Virus record (IMG/VR): IMGVR_UViG_2648501206_000003
From: a virus
Taxonomy: Duplodnaviria; Heunggongvirae; Uroviricota; Caudoviricetes
Strand: one strand, 5' to 3'
DNA: 36,546 nucleotides
Shown here: positions 7,611 through 15,746 of the stretch, piece after piece
Layout of the letters: the number at the start of each line of letters is the position of its first letter
Numbering within the stretch: position 1 is the first letter of the stretch
Notes under the pieces: generated by a model
The model's database searches: none
The model's input: the letters and a program-made list of their open reading frames with translations, nothing else
What the model was told of the DNA's origin: nothing
Made by a program: the position numbers and the translations under genes

Positions 7611-7823
7611 ATGAACGGCAAATCTAGGTTAGCCTCTTACGTGCCGAAAGGCAAGGAGAAGCAGGCTATGAAGCAGCAAAAGGCGATGTTAATCGCCCTG
7701 ATCGTCATCTGTTTAACCGTCATTGTGACGGCACTGGTAACGAGGAAAGACCTCTGCGAGGTACGAATCCGAACCGGCCAGACGGAGGTCACTGTCTTCA
7801 CAGCTTACGAACCTGAGGAGTAA
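7611..7823 (+). CDS. mok: Mok (modulator of killing) reading frame, N-terminally extended over hok
   Basis: Track ORF of 70 aa whose last 51 residues are the Hok toxin, as in chromosomal mok/hok loci. Confidence 0.6.
   Translation: MNGKSRLASYVPKGKEKQAMKQQKAMLIALIVICLTVIVTALVTRKDLCEVRIRTGQTEVTVFTAYEPEE
7668..7823 (+). CDS. hok: Hok-family type I toxin (51 aa, HokD/RelF-like)
   Basis: MKQQKAMLIALIVICLTVIVTALVTRKDLCEVRIRTGQTEVTVFTAYEPEE, near-identical to HokD as recalled; AAGGAGAAG upstream of the ATG; stable hairpin GGCGGGGGAGAAATCCCTCGCC downstream (7831..7852). Confidence 0.85.
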   Translation: MKQQKAMLIALIVICLTVIVTALVTRKDLCEVRIRTGQTEVTVFTAYEPEE

Positions 7824-7966
7824 GAGACCAGGCGGGGGAGAAATCCCTCGCCACCTCTGATGTGTCAGGCATCCTCAACGCACCCGCACTTAACCCGCTT
7901 CGGCGTTTTTTCCGTTGATTAACTCTAGTTATTAGAGAACCGAACTTTTATTGATGGGGCAGGGAG

Positions 7967-8359
7967 ATGAAGAAACTTGTTTTAGTCGCAGGTGTAATGA
8001 TTGCAACAGTAATGTTGGGAGGGTGTGCAGCAAAGGTCGATCCAGCGTTGAAAGCAGAAGCAATGAAGCCACTAACATGTAATGATGAAAAGCAATGTGA
8101 CTTTTATTGGAAACGAGCGCAATTCTGGTTGGCTAATAATTCCTCATGGAAAATTCAAACGGCGACAGACACGCTAATTTCCACTTATAATCCCTCTCCA
8201 AATAGTCCATTCCTCGCTTATCAAGTGAGTAAAATGCCAAATGAAGATGGATCCTCAAGAATTTTCATCAAGCCTTTTTGCGATAATATGTTTGGCTGTC
8301 AACCAAACCCCTATCAGACAGTTGTTTCCTTTAAAAACTTCGTTAAAACTGGGCAGTAA
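7967..8359 (+). CDS. Putative lipoprotein (130 aa); cargo gene
   Basis: Signal peptide with lipobox MLGGC near the N-terminus; visibly A+T-richer than flanking genes; followed by an intrinsic terminator. Confidence 0.55.
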   Translation: MKKLVLVAGVMIATVMLGGCAAKVDPALKAEAMKPLTCNDEKQCDFYWKRAQFWLANNSSWKIQTATDTLISTYNPSPNSPFLAYQVSKMPNEDGSSRIFIKPFCDNMFGCQPNPYQTVVSFKNFVKTGQ

Positions 8360-8488
8360 TGTATAGCGGGACGGTAAATTATTAGTGAAAACGCTGTAAA
8401 CCCTATGGATTGAGTCAGGATTTAATCCGATAATTATTCTATCGTTCCTTTACAAGTCCGGCATATTACCTTCAGTTTGTTTTAGCAT

Positions 8489-8517
8489 ACCTGCTTCGGC
8501 GGGTTTTGTTTTTTTCT
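8489..8517 (+). terminator. Intrinsic terminator after the lipoprotein gene
   Basis: Hairpin ACCTGC-TTCG-GCGGGT followed by TTTTGTTTTTTT. Confidence 0.5.
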
Positions 8518-8794
8518 GGCATTCTGGTTTACAATACGCACGCCAGCCTGAACAACTGGCACCTGCTGCGCCAGCAGAGACAACCGATGGCGCACGATAC
8601 CAAATTACACAATTCTAATGATTCTGCCGTCTTTGCCAGCAGGCGCGGACGGCGTTTTCACGTATTCAAATCAGACTGGTTCCAGCATCCTCCATGCACT
8701 GAAGAGCAGGCGGAATGGATAATTCAGTGTTACCGCAGGCGCGGATACGAGGTTAAGAAAGCCCTCAGCCTCGATTATCGTCACTGGATAATCT

Positions 8795-9913
8795 ATGTCA
8801 GGCTCCCTTATTCCGAACGCCCACCGCGCCCATCCCGCACATACCAGCAACGGATCTGGAGGTAACGTGCGGATATTACTTCGACCTGTTCTGGTACCGG
8901 AACTTGGGCTGGTGGTCCTTAGGCCGGGCCGTGAATCCATGCAAGTATTTCATAACCCTCGAGTGCTGGTGGAGCCTGAACCGAAAAGCATGCGCGGTCT
9001 GCCGTCCGGAGTCGTCCCTGCCGTTCGCCAGCCGCTGGCGGAGGATAAATCATTACTGCCATTTTTCAGCGATGAGCGGGTGATTCGTGCTGCTGGTGGT
9101 GCTGGTGCATTGTCTGACTGGCTGTTGCGCCATATTAAATCCTGCCAGTGGCCACACGGCGATTATCATCACAGCGAAACCGTCATTCACCGTTATGGTA
9201 CCGGCGCAATGGTGTTGTGCTGGCACTGCGACAACCAGCTGCGTGACCAGACATCCGAATCACTCGGGCAACTTGCTCATCAAAACCTGTCAGCATGGAT
9301 GATTGACGTCATCGGTCACGCAATAAGCGGTACGCAGGAGCGTGAATTATCTCTGGCTGAATTATCCTGGTGGGCGGTCCGCAATCAGGTGGCGGACGCG
9401 CTACCGGAAGCGGTATTACGTCGTTCGCTGGGGTTGCGTGCGGAAAAAATCCGTTCAATGTACCGTGAAAGCGACATCGTACCGGGAGAGCAGACCGCCA
9501 CCAGCATACTGAAGCAGCGCACAAAAAATCTTGCGCCGCTGCCTCACGCCCACCAGCAAAACCCGCCACAGGAAAAGACGGTGGTCAGCATTGCTGTTGA
9601 TCCGGAGTCTCCGGAATCTTTCATGAGGCGACCTAAACGTCGCCGTTGGGTAAATGAGAAATATACGCGCTGGGTGAAGACACAGCCGTGTGCGTGTTGT
9701 GGTCAGCCAGCCGACGATCCCCATCACCTGATTGGTCACGGTCAGGGAGGGATGGGAACAAAGGCCCACGATATTTTCACGCTACCGTTGTGCCGGGAAC
9801 ATCACAACGAACTTCATGCGGATCCGCTGGCGTTCGAAGAAAAGCATGGTTCCCAGGTTGATTTAATTTTTCGTTTTCTTGATCACGCCTTTGCAACCGG
9901 CGTGCTCGGGTAA
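8795..9913 (+). CDS. DUF968-domain protein (YdfU-like); N-terminus uncertain
   Basis: C-terminal region RPKRRRWVNEKYTRWVKTQPCACCGQPADDPHHLIGHGQGG...LPLCREHHNELH recalled as DUF968 (YdfU of Qin). Possible alternative start at 8939. An overlapping upstream ORF (8587..8865) in another frame may be a separate gene or a frameshifted N-terminus. Confidence 0.55.
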   Translation: MSGSLIPNAHRAHPAHTSNGSGGNVRILLRPVLVPELGLVVLRPGRESMQVFHNPRVLVEPEPKSMRGLPSGVVPAVRQPLAEDKSLLPFFSDERVIRAAGGAGALSDWLLRHIKSCQWPHGDYHHSETVIHRYGTGAMVLCWHCDNQLRDQTSESLGQLAHQNLSAWMIDVIGHAISGTQERELSLAELSWWAVRNQVADALPEAVLRRSLGLRAEKIRSMYRESDIVPGEQTATSILKQRTKNLAPLPHAHQQNPPQEKTVVSIAVDPESPESFMRRPKRRRWVNEKYTRWVKTQPCACCGQPADDPHHLIGHGQGGMGTKAHDIFTLPLCREHHNELHADPLAFEEKHGSQVDLIFRFLDHAFATGVLG

Positions 9914-9925
9914 AAGAGGTTACTG

Positions 9926-10285
9926 ATGCGTATAGAGTTTGTTTTGCCTTATCCGCCGACGGTGAATACTTACTGGCGACGTCGTGGCAACACATATTTT
10001 GTATCAAAAGTCGGTGAGCGTTATCGCCGTGATGTGGCACTAATTGTTCGCCAGCAGCGGTTGAAATTAAACCTGTCCGGAAGGCTGGCAATAAAAATTA
10101 TTGCAGAGCCACCGGATAAGCGCCGCCGCGACCTGGACAATATCCTGAAGGCACCACTGGATGCGCTGACGCATGCCGGACTTCTCATAGACGACGAGCA
10201 GTTTGATGAAATCAATATTGTGCGCGGACTGCCTGTTCCTGGTGGTCGGCTGGGGATAAAAATCACAGAACTGGAGTGCGCATGA
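9926..10285 (+). CDS. rusA: Holliday junction resolvase RusA
   Basis: 119 aa; the RRRDLDNILKAPLDAL motif and overall pattern match RusA. Confidence 0.8.
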   Translation: MRIEFVLPYPPTVNTYWRRRGNTYFVSKVGERYRRDVALIVRQQRLKLNLSGRLAIKIIAEPPDKRRRDLDNILKAPLDALTHAGLLIDDEQFDEINIVRGLPVPGGRLGIKITELECA

Positions 10286-10971
10286 ATAACCAGTATTTAC
10301 AGTTTGTGCGTGAGCAGCTCATTATCGCCACCGCTGATTTGAGTGGGGCAACAAAAGGTCAGCTTGAAGCCTGGCAGGAGAATGCCATGTTCGATACAGG
10401 GCGTTACAGGCGAAAAAAAATCCGGTACCGCGATGAAGTGACTGGAAAAATGATAACGCGGGATAATCCACCAATCCCGGGAAAGCAATCGCTGGCGAAG
10501 GGGACGTCAATTCCTCTGGTCAGTCCGGTTGAGTTTTCGACATCATCGTGGCGGCGGGCTGTTCTGTCTCTTGAAGAGCATCATAAAGCCTGGTTGTTGT
10601 GGTGTTACGGCGGAAACATTTGCTGGGAGCATCAGATCGCGATAACGCAGTGGGTGTGGAATGAATTTAAAACCCAGTCTGGTACCAGAAAAATTGCAGG
10701 AAAAACGCTGGAGCGTGTGAAGAAGTTGATATGGCTGGCGGCACAGGATGTCAGAGGATGGGTTACCGGGAGTGAGGTCTATCAGCGGCAGGAGCTTGCC
10801 AGACTGTGTGGAGTTAAGCCAGACAACTGGAGCCATAATTATGCGAACTACTGGCGTGAGATGTGCGACATTTTTAAGAATCTCGATACAGAATCCTTGA
10901 TTTCCACCGTGAAAAAGAGATCGCAACAAAAAGCGATCTTTTCACGACGAGATATTGCAAAAGTCAATTAA
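10276..10971 (+). CDS. Putative late-gene antiterminator (Q-like, QuuQ-type)
   Basis: Track ORF overlapping the rusA stop; lies immediately upstream of a promoter and strong terminator (pR'/tR' arrangement) and of the lysis genes. Assigned by position; sequence family not confirmed. Confidence 0.5.
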   Translation: MRMNNQYLQFVREQLIIATADLSGATKGQLEAWQENAMFDTGRYRRKKIRYRDEVTGKMITRDNPPIPGKQSLAKGTSIPLVSPVEFSTSSWRRAVLSLEEHHKAWLLWCYGGNICWEHQIAITQWVWNEFKTQSGTRKIAGKTLERVKKLIWLAAQDVRGWVTGSEVYQRQELARLCGVKPDNWSHNYANYWREMCDIFKNLDTESLISTVKKRSQQKAIFSRRDIAKVN

Positions 10972-10983
10972 ATCGCGTACATT
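10955..10983 (+). promoter_or_regulatory. Candidate late promoter pR' (-35 TTGCAA, 17 bp spacer, -10 TACATT)
   Basis: Sigma70-like hexamers overlapping the end of the Q-like gene, about 70 nt upstream of the tR' hairpin. Confidence 0.4.
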
Positions 10984-11033
10984 TTGTGTAAATCTGATAT
11001 TTTGCCGATTTTGTATGCGATGACAAAGTAAGC

Positions 11034-11062
11034 AAAACCCGCCGATAAGCGGGTTTTTTTGT
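11034..11062 (+). terminator. Intrinsic terminator tR'-like
   Basis: Stem AAACCCGC / GCGGGTTT with a 6-nt loop, followed by a run of seven T (11054..11060). Confidence 0.65.
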
Positions 11063-11068
11063 ATTACA

Positions 11069-11965
11069 ATGCATGCGTTTAATTACTTTTTGGACCATTG
11101 CAACATGAAATCAGATAAGGCAGAAAACTTAGAGAATCCACTCGAACGTAATGATTTTACAATTGATGACTTCCACCATGTTCTTAGGGAGTTTGATAAA
11201 GCTGTTTGTGAAGCCAATGCGGTAAGTCAGGGAGTAGGTGTGCGAATGGCTGAGGCTTATCAAGGTTGGTCAACATATATATTTGCACGAATTTGCATTC
11301 ATGCTTCGATTATGATTTCTAATGTTCCTAAGTCCAGATGGGCTAAGCGAGATTACGATTTCTGGGATTTTGCTTCTATAGCATCTCATGTCAGGGCGAT
11401 CCTTGAAGCTGAACTTCTGTTTATGTATTTGTCTGAAGCACCAGATTCAGAAGAGGCTTGGTCAGCAAAGCTAAATGTTATGCACATGAATGATTGTGTA
11501 AAAAGGATAGAATTATTCACGCAAAGTGATAATACAGAAGCATTAGAGTTTTATAATGAGCAACAGAGTATAATTGCGGAAAGACTCAATAAAAACCCTG
11601 CTTTTTTATCACTTGATAGTGGTACTAGGAAACGTTGCTTGTCAGGCAAGGCTTTAACAATTCCTAATAGAGACGATTTATTGATTAAACTAGGGAAAGA
11701 CCCAAAATCGTTTAAAGTGATGTTTGATTTTCTATCGCATTACACACACATACTCCCTATGTCATATTACAAAATGGAACCGAATGGGAGAGGGACTGGT
11801 TGTTTTAACAAGTTCGATTTTGGATATATAATAATGGGTATGTTGCTATGTACTGAATCTTTGATTAAGTGTACTGAACGGTTGGTGGATATTTTCCCTG
11901 ATGTTAAACGGTTAAGAAAAGGAACTAAATCAAAATTTACATTGGGCCCTAAACCAACAAAATAA
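11069..11965 (+). CDS. Hypothetical protein, 298 aa, A+T-rich cargo gene of unknown function at the Q/lysis junction
   Basis: Track ORF; my manual count of the first 60 nt gives ~35% GC versus ~52% in terL; no recognisable family motif; no obvious SD at either candidate start (11069 or 11105); own terminator-like hairpin downstream. Confidence 0.55.
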   Translation: MHAFNYFLDHCNMKSDKAENLENPLERNDFTIDDFHHVLREFDKAVCEANAVSQGVGVRMAEAYQGWSTYIFARICIHASIMISNVPKSRWAKRDYDFWDFASIASHVRAILEAELLFMYLSEAPDSEEAWSAKLNVMHMNDCVKRIELFTQSDNTEALEFYNEQQSIIAERLNKNPAFLSLDSGTRKRCLSGKALTIPNRDDLLIKLGKDPKSFKVMFDFLSHYTHILPMSYYKMEPNGRGTGCFNKFDFGYIIMGMLLCTESLIKCTERLVDIFPDVKRLRKGTKSKFTLGPKPTK

Positions 11966-12131
11966 AATTAGCTAGAGTTTCTCCACTTCGAAGGCTCCCA
12001 ATGGGGGCTTTTGCATTTCAGGAGCTGGGAATCACTTTCACTTCCCCTTTGGTATAAGGGGGTGAGTCTGAGCTCCATTCCTCTCCTTACATTTTTTTCT
12101 CAGAGAACCCGCAGTCATAAGAGGTGGCTTA

Positions 12132-12518
12132 ATGTCCGATCCTATTTCCGGTACTGGGTTAGCCGGAGGAGTTCTAACGGGAGTCAGTATTTATGGCCTG
12201 TTTACAGGTACGGATTATGGTGTTGTATTTGGCGCATTTGCAGGAGCTGTTTTCTACATAGCGACAACTGCAGATCTGACGGCAACGCGCCGACTGGCAT
12301 ATTTCATAGTGTCATATATCGCTGGGGTTTTGTGTTCTGGGTTAGTTGGTTCCAAACTGGCGAATTTGACCGGATACAGTGATAAACCTCTGGATGCTAT
12401 TGGTGCCGTAATCGTCTCTGCTTTAGCCGTTAAAATCCTGACGTTTCTGAATAACCAGGATATCGGTTCGCTGGTGGCGCTCATAACGCGCCGGGGAGGT
12501 TCAGGTGGTACAAAATGA
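12132..12518 (+). CDS. Putative holin (128 aa, multi-pass membrane protein)
   Basis: Gly/Ala-rich hydrophobic segments; first gene of the lysis cassette upstream of the endolysin. Confidence 0.5.
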   Translation: MSDPISGTGLAGGVLTGVSIYGLFTGTDYGVVFGAFAGAVFYIATTADLTATRRLAYFIVSYIAGVLCSGLVGSKLANLTGYSDKPLDAIGAVIVSALAVKILTFLNNQDIGSLVALITRRGGSGGTK

Positions 12519-12786
12519 CCTGTCGGCAACTTTTAATGCATTGCTTTGTGCTGGGGTAGTGTTAACCCTGATGTTTTACCGTCGCGGCGACTCGCGACAT
12601 CGGCCGTGGATATCTCGTTTAGCGTGGCTGCTTACGGTCATGTACAGTGCCATTCCGCTGGCGTATCTGTGCGGTATTTACCCGTACTCATCATGGGGCA
12701 CTATCGGGGCCAACATTATTTTCCTCTCTGTGCTGGTAGCCGTCAGAGGCAACGTGGCACGTCTGGTTGATCATCTGAGGCGCTAA
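12505..12786 (+). CDS. Second small membrane protein of the lysis cassette (holin/antiholin-like, 93 aa)
   Basis: GTG start overlapping the previous stop; 2-3 predicted TM segments; stop overlaps the endolysin start. Confidence 0.45.
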   Translation: MVQNDLSATFNALLCAGVVLTLMFYRRGDSRHRPWISRLAWLLTVMYSAIPLAYLCGIYPYSSWGTIGANIIFLSVLVAVRGNVARLVDHLRR

Positions 12787-13400
12787 TGAACCAATCACAA
12801 TTTCAGCAGGCGGCTGGTATCAGCGCCGGGCTTTCTGCGCGCTGGTTTCCGCACATTGATGCGGCATTGAAAGAGTTTGGAATCACAGCAGTTAACGATC
12901 AGGCCATGTTCATTGCACAAGTTGGGCACGAATCGGCCGGTTTTACCTCGCTGGTGGAGAGCTTTAACTATTCGGTAGAGGGGCTGAAGAAAACCTTTGG
13001 TAAACGCCTGACTCCGTATCAGTGTGAAATGTTGGGACGTATCGATGGTAGGCAGATAGCGCACCAGCAGCAAATAGCCAATTTGGTTTACGGTAACCGC
13101 TTGGGGAATAACTGCCAAGGGGATGGCTGGAAATATCGTGGTCGTGGCCTGCTTCAAATCACCGGCCGGGAGAACTACGCCAAATGCGGTACGGCGCTGA
13201 AGCTTGATCTAATCGGTACACCAGAGTTGCTGACGCAGGAGAAGCATGCTGCCCGTTCTGCTGCTTGGTTTTTCACGTTACGTGGTTGTCTCCTTTACTC
13301 GGGAGAGCTGGAGCACGTCACGCAGATTATTAATGGCGGGCAGAACGGCATTAAAGACCGTCGTGAACGTTACGCCAAAGCTAAAGCCGCACTGGTGTGA
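12786..13400 (+). CDS. Endolysin, glycoside hydrolase family 19 (chitinase-like lysozyme)
   Basis: 204 aa; motif FIAQVGHESAGFTSLVESFNYS typical of GH19 phage endolysins. Confidence 0.75.
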   Translation: MNQSQFQQAAGISAGLSARWFPHIDAALKEFGITAVNDQAMFIAQVGHESAGFTSLVESFNYSVEGLKKTFGKRLTPYQCEMLGRIDGRQIAHQQQIANLVYGNRLGNNCQGDGWKYRGRGLLQITGRENYAKCGTALKLDLIGTPELLTQEKHAARSAAWFFTLRGCLLYSGELEHVTQIINGGQNGIKDRRERYAKAKAALV

Positions 13401-13407
13401 GGTCACT

Positions 13408-13677
13408 ATGGGACTTGAAATGATTATTGGCTTAGTTCTTGCTGCACTGGCAGCAATTGCTGGTGCTTTTGGTCTGGGCAAATCACGCGGTACCAGAATC
13501 GCTGAAACAAAAGCAGACCAGCAACGTACGGAAGAACGTGCAGCGGCTATTGAAGCGGTCGCCAAACGCAGGGTAGAGACAATAAAAGGGGCTAGGGATG
13601 TACAGCAGACTGTTAACCATCTTTCTGATGACGATGTTGACCACGAGTTGCGCGAAAGCTATACCCGCAAAGCCTGA
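13408..13677 (+). CDS. Spanin inner-membrane subunit (Rz-like)
   Basis: Internal ATG of track ORF 13246..13677; N-terminal TM (MGLEMIIGLVLAALAAIAGAF) followed by a charged, coiled-coil-like region; directly after the endolysin. Confidence 0.65.
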   Translation: MGLEMIIGLVLAALAAIAGAFGLGKSRGTRIAETKADQQRTEERAAAIEAVAKRRVETIKGARDVQQTVNHLSDDDVDHELRESYTRKA

Positions 13678-13840
13678 AGTAACGGACACGACCTGTGACT
13701 GGGTGAACATCATCTACCTAACAGAGCACGATATTACCGTGCTGGATAAACAGACGAAGCGGGACATATTGGCGCATAACAAATCAGTGCAGGCTAACTG
13801 CAGGAAGAAAGCGGGGCATGAACGCAGAGAACTTAAGTAA
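13598..13840 (+). CDS. Spanin outer-membrane lipoprotein subunit (Rz1-like), starting inside Rz in another frame
   Basis: Lipobox LTTSC near the N-terminus; start embedded in the 3' end of the Rz-like gene. Confidence 0.6.
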   Translation: MYSRLLTIFLMTMLTTSCAKAIPAKPEVTDTTCDWVNIIYLTEHDITVLDKQTKRDILAHNKSVQANCRKKAGHERRELK

Positions 13841-14061
13841 CGCGCATTACATCTATAACGAGATGAAAGAGCTACAGCGACAGAAAGGTATACTAGAAAG
13901 TGGCGCTGGGCTTGGTGTGACAATCCAGTCTGCCTATTAAGATAATGCCTTTATTGAGGCTATACGCCCACATGCAGTTGCTGAACTTGACCGCCACATT
14001 GAGGAAAAGAAATCCGTGCTGGTTAATTTGGGAGATTCCTTTTTTATACGAGCATAATAAA

Positions 14062-14078
14062 GCGGGTTGGAAACCCGC
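14062..14078 (-). terminator. Intrinsic terminator for the minus-strand YfbU-like gene
   Basis: Hairpin GCGGGTT-GGA-AACCCGC located 10 nt past the stop; followed on the minus strand by TTATTAT. Confidence 0.45.
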
Positions 14079-14087
14079 CTAAAGCAC

Positions 14088-14627
14088 TTAGAAACTGCGT
14101 GGAGCTGTGGAAAGAATGGATGCCAGTTCTTCCTTTGATAAATCCCAGCTTCGATTTACAGCGTCAATTTTCTTAAACTCATCAAGCATTGCGTTATAGA
14201 GATGTTCTGTACGTGAATGAGTATTGGCAATGGGCTGTTTCTGTTCGGGGAAGCGATCAATTTTCTGATACGCCTCAATGATACTGAAGTAATCGCATTC
14301 ATTATTACCGTCGAAACCTGGGAGCTGAATTTCCCCATCATGTATTTTTAGATGATGGTCACGGACTAATTCTTTTTGCTCGTCATCACTAAGTTTCCTG
14401 AAAGCATTGGAAAGTCCGCGGTACATATTCAATACAGCAGTAACAAAATCACGATCTTCTTTACTTGGTTCATCAACATCCAAATGTGAATATTCGGCCT
14501 TCATAACCCAATCATTACCAGATGACACAGCATATTTTACAAGCTGTGGATCAATATCAGTTTCGATACCTAGGTGGATGGCAATGTCACATAACAAAAT
14601 GGTATTGATTTTATCCTTAATATCCAT
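14088..14627 (-). CDS. YfbU-family (UPF0304-like) protein, 179 aa; antisense A+T-rich cargo gene between lysis and packaging modules
   Basis: Track ORF on the opposite strand to all flanking phage genes; segments VTAVLNMYRGLSNAFRKL, GFDGNNECDYFSIIEAY and THSRTEHLYNAML parallel E. coli YfbU as recalled; own terminator. Confidence 0.5.
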   Translation of the reverse strand: MDIKDKINTILLCDIAIHLGIETDIDPQLVKYAVSSGNDWVMKAEYSHLDVDEPSKEDRDFVTAVLNMYRGLSNAFRKLSDDEQKELVRDHHLKIHDGEIQLPGFDGNNECDYFSIIEAYQKIDRFPEQKQPIANTHSRTEHLYNAMLDEFKKIDAVNRSWDLSKEELASILSTAPRSF

Positions 14628-14765
14628 GAGTTAACCCTCTGAAGTAAAAAGTAATATCTACACCCGTTAGCTCATGAAGTCTATTGATCTGGCTCATATC
14701 AGCTGCAAATCCATTTCATGGAGATACTCAATGCAGGTCACTTTTGATTTATATAAGGGCGAAAC

Positions 14766-15116
14766 ATGCCAGCACTAATCCCACGCGCCTGCCGTAAACG
14801 TGGATGTGCAGGTACAACCACAGACAGTTCTGGTTACTGCGATAAACATCGTGGCGAAGGATGGGCACAGCATCAACGCGGATTAAGTCGCCACCAGCGT
14901 GGCTATGGCTCGAAATGGGATGCCATACGTGCGCGCATACTGAAGCGTGATAATCATCTGTGTCAGAACTGCCTGCGCAACGGGAGAGCCGTTGAAGCCA
15001 GAACTGTGGACCACATTATTCCGAAAGCTCATGGTGGCACGGATGCAGACAGTAATCTGCAGAGTCTGTGCTGGCCCTGCCATAAAGCAAAAACTGCGCG
15101 CGAACGTATCAACTGA
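14766..15116 (+). CDS. HNH endonuclease (terminase-associated)
   Basis: Cys-rich HNH motif (CQNCLRNGRAVEARTVDHIIPKAHGGTDADSNLQSLCWPCH); immediately upstream of the small terminase, as in HK97-like cos phages. Confidence 0.8.
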   Translation: MPALIPRACRKRGCAGTTTDSSGYCDKHRGEGWAQHQRGLSRHQRGYGSKWDAIRARILKRDNHLCQNCLRNGRAVEARTVDHIIPKAHGGTDADSNLQSLCWPCHKAKTARERIN

Positions 15117-15263
15117 TAACAGTTCCCATCTGCAGGGGAGGGGAGGGTCAAATCTCTGCAGCCCTGGCTGCTCAGTACCGCCGCCTGACCCTTCCTCACA
15201 TCGCCGCAGGTTCGAAAACTTTTTTTGGAAATGTGAACAAACGATTGATAGGTAAGACCGATT

Positions 15264-15746
15264 ATGTCAGGACCTCCGAAAACCCCGCCACGCCTGCATT
15301 TGATACGAGGCAACCCCTCAAAGCGCCCCGTTAAAGACTCAAAAAAAACCGCTAAAAAGGATGAAAAAGGTCTCCCTAAAATTCCGCAGCATTTAGGGGC
15401 ACAGGGGAAGTACTGGTTCAGGCGAATGGCGGAAGAGCTGAATGCGGAAGGGATCATTTCTCAGCTTGATGCGCGTGCACTCGAGTTGCTGGTGGAAGCC
15501 TATACCGAATATCGGCATCACTGCGAAACACTCGATGTTGAGGGGTATACCTACCGCACGGAAACGCAGAGCGGTGATGTACTGATTAAGGCGCACCCCG
15601 CGGCGGCAATGAAAGCGGATGCCTGGAAGCGGATCCGGGCAATGCTTGCAGAGTTTGGTATGTCACCGGCAAGCCGGGCTAAAGTAAATATTGCCGGACC
15701 GGATGATGTTGATCCGCTGGCGGAGCTTTTAAAAGCGAGAGACTGA
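15264..15746 (+). CDS. Terminase small subunit (P27 family)
   Basis: 160 aa; position between HNH and the large terminase; sequence pattern typical of P27-family small subunits. Confidence 0.75.
   Translation: MSGPPKTPPRLHLIRGNPSKRPVKDSKKTAKKDEKGLPKIPQHLGAQGKYWFRRMAEELNAEGIISQLDARALELLVEAYTEYRHHCETLDVEGYTYRTETQSGDVLIKAHPAAAMKADAWKRIRAMLAEFGMSPASRAKVNIAGPDDVDPLAELLKARD

Noticed and set aside
8506-8586. TTG start of track ORF 8506..8865
   Set aside because: The start codon lies inside the T-tract of the terminator after the lipoprotein gene; any real gene in this frame more likely starts at the ATG at 8587.
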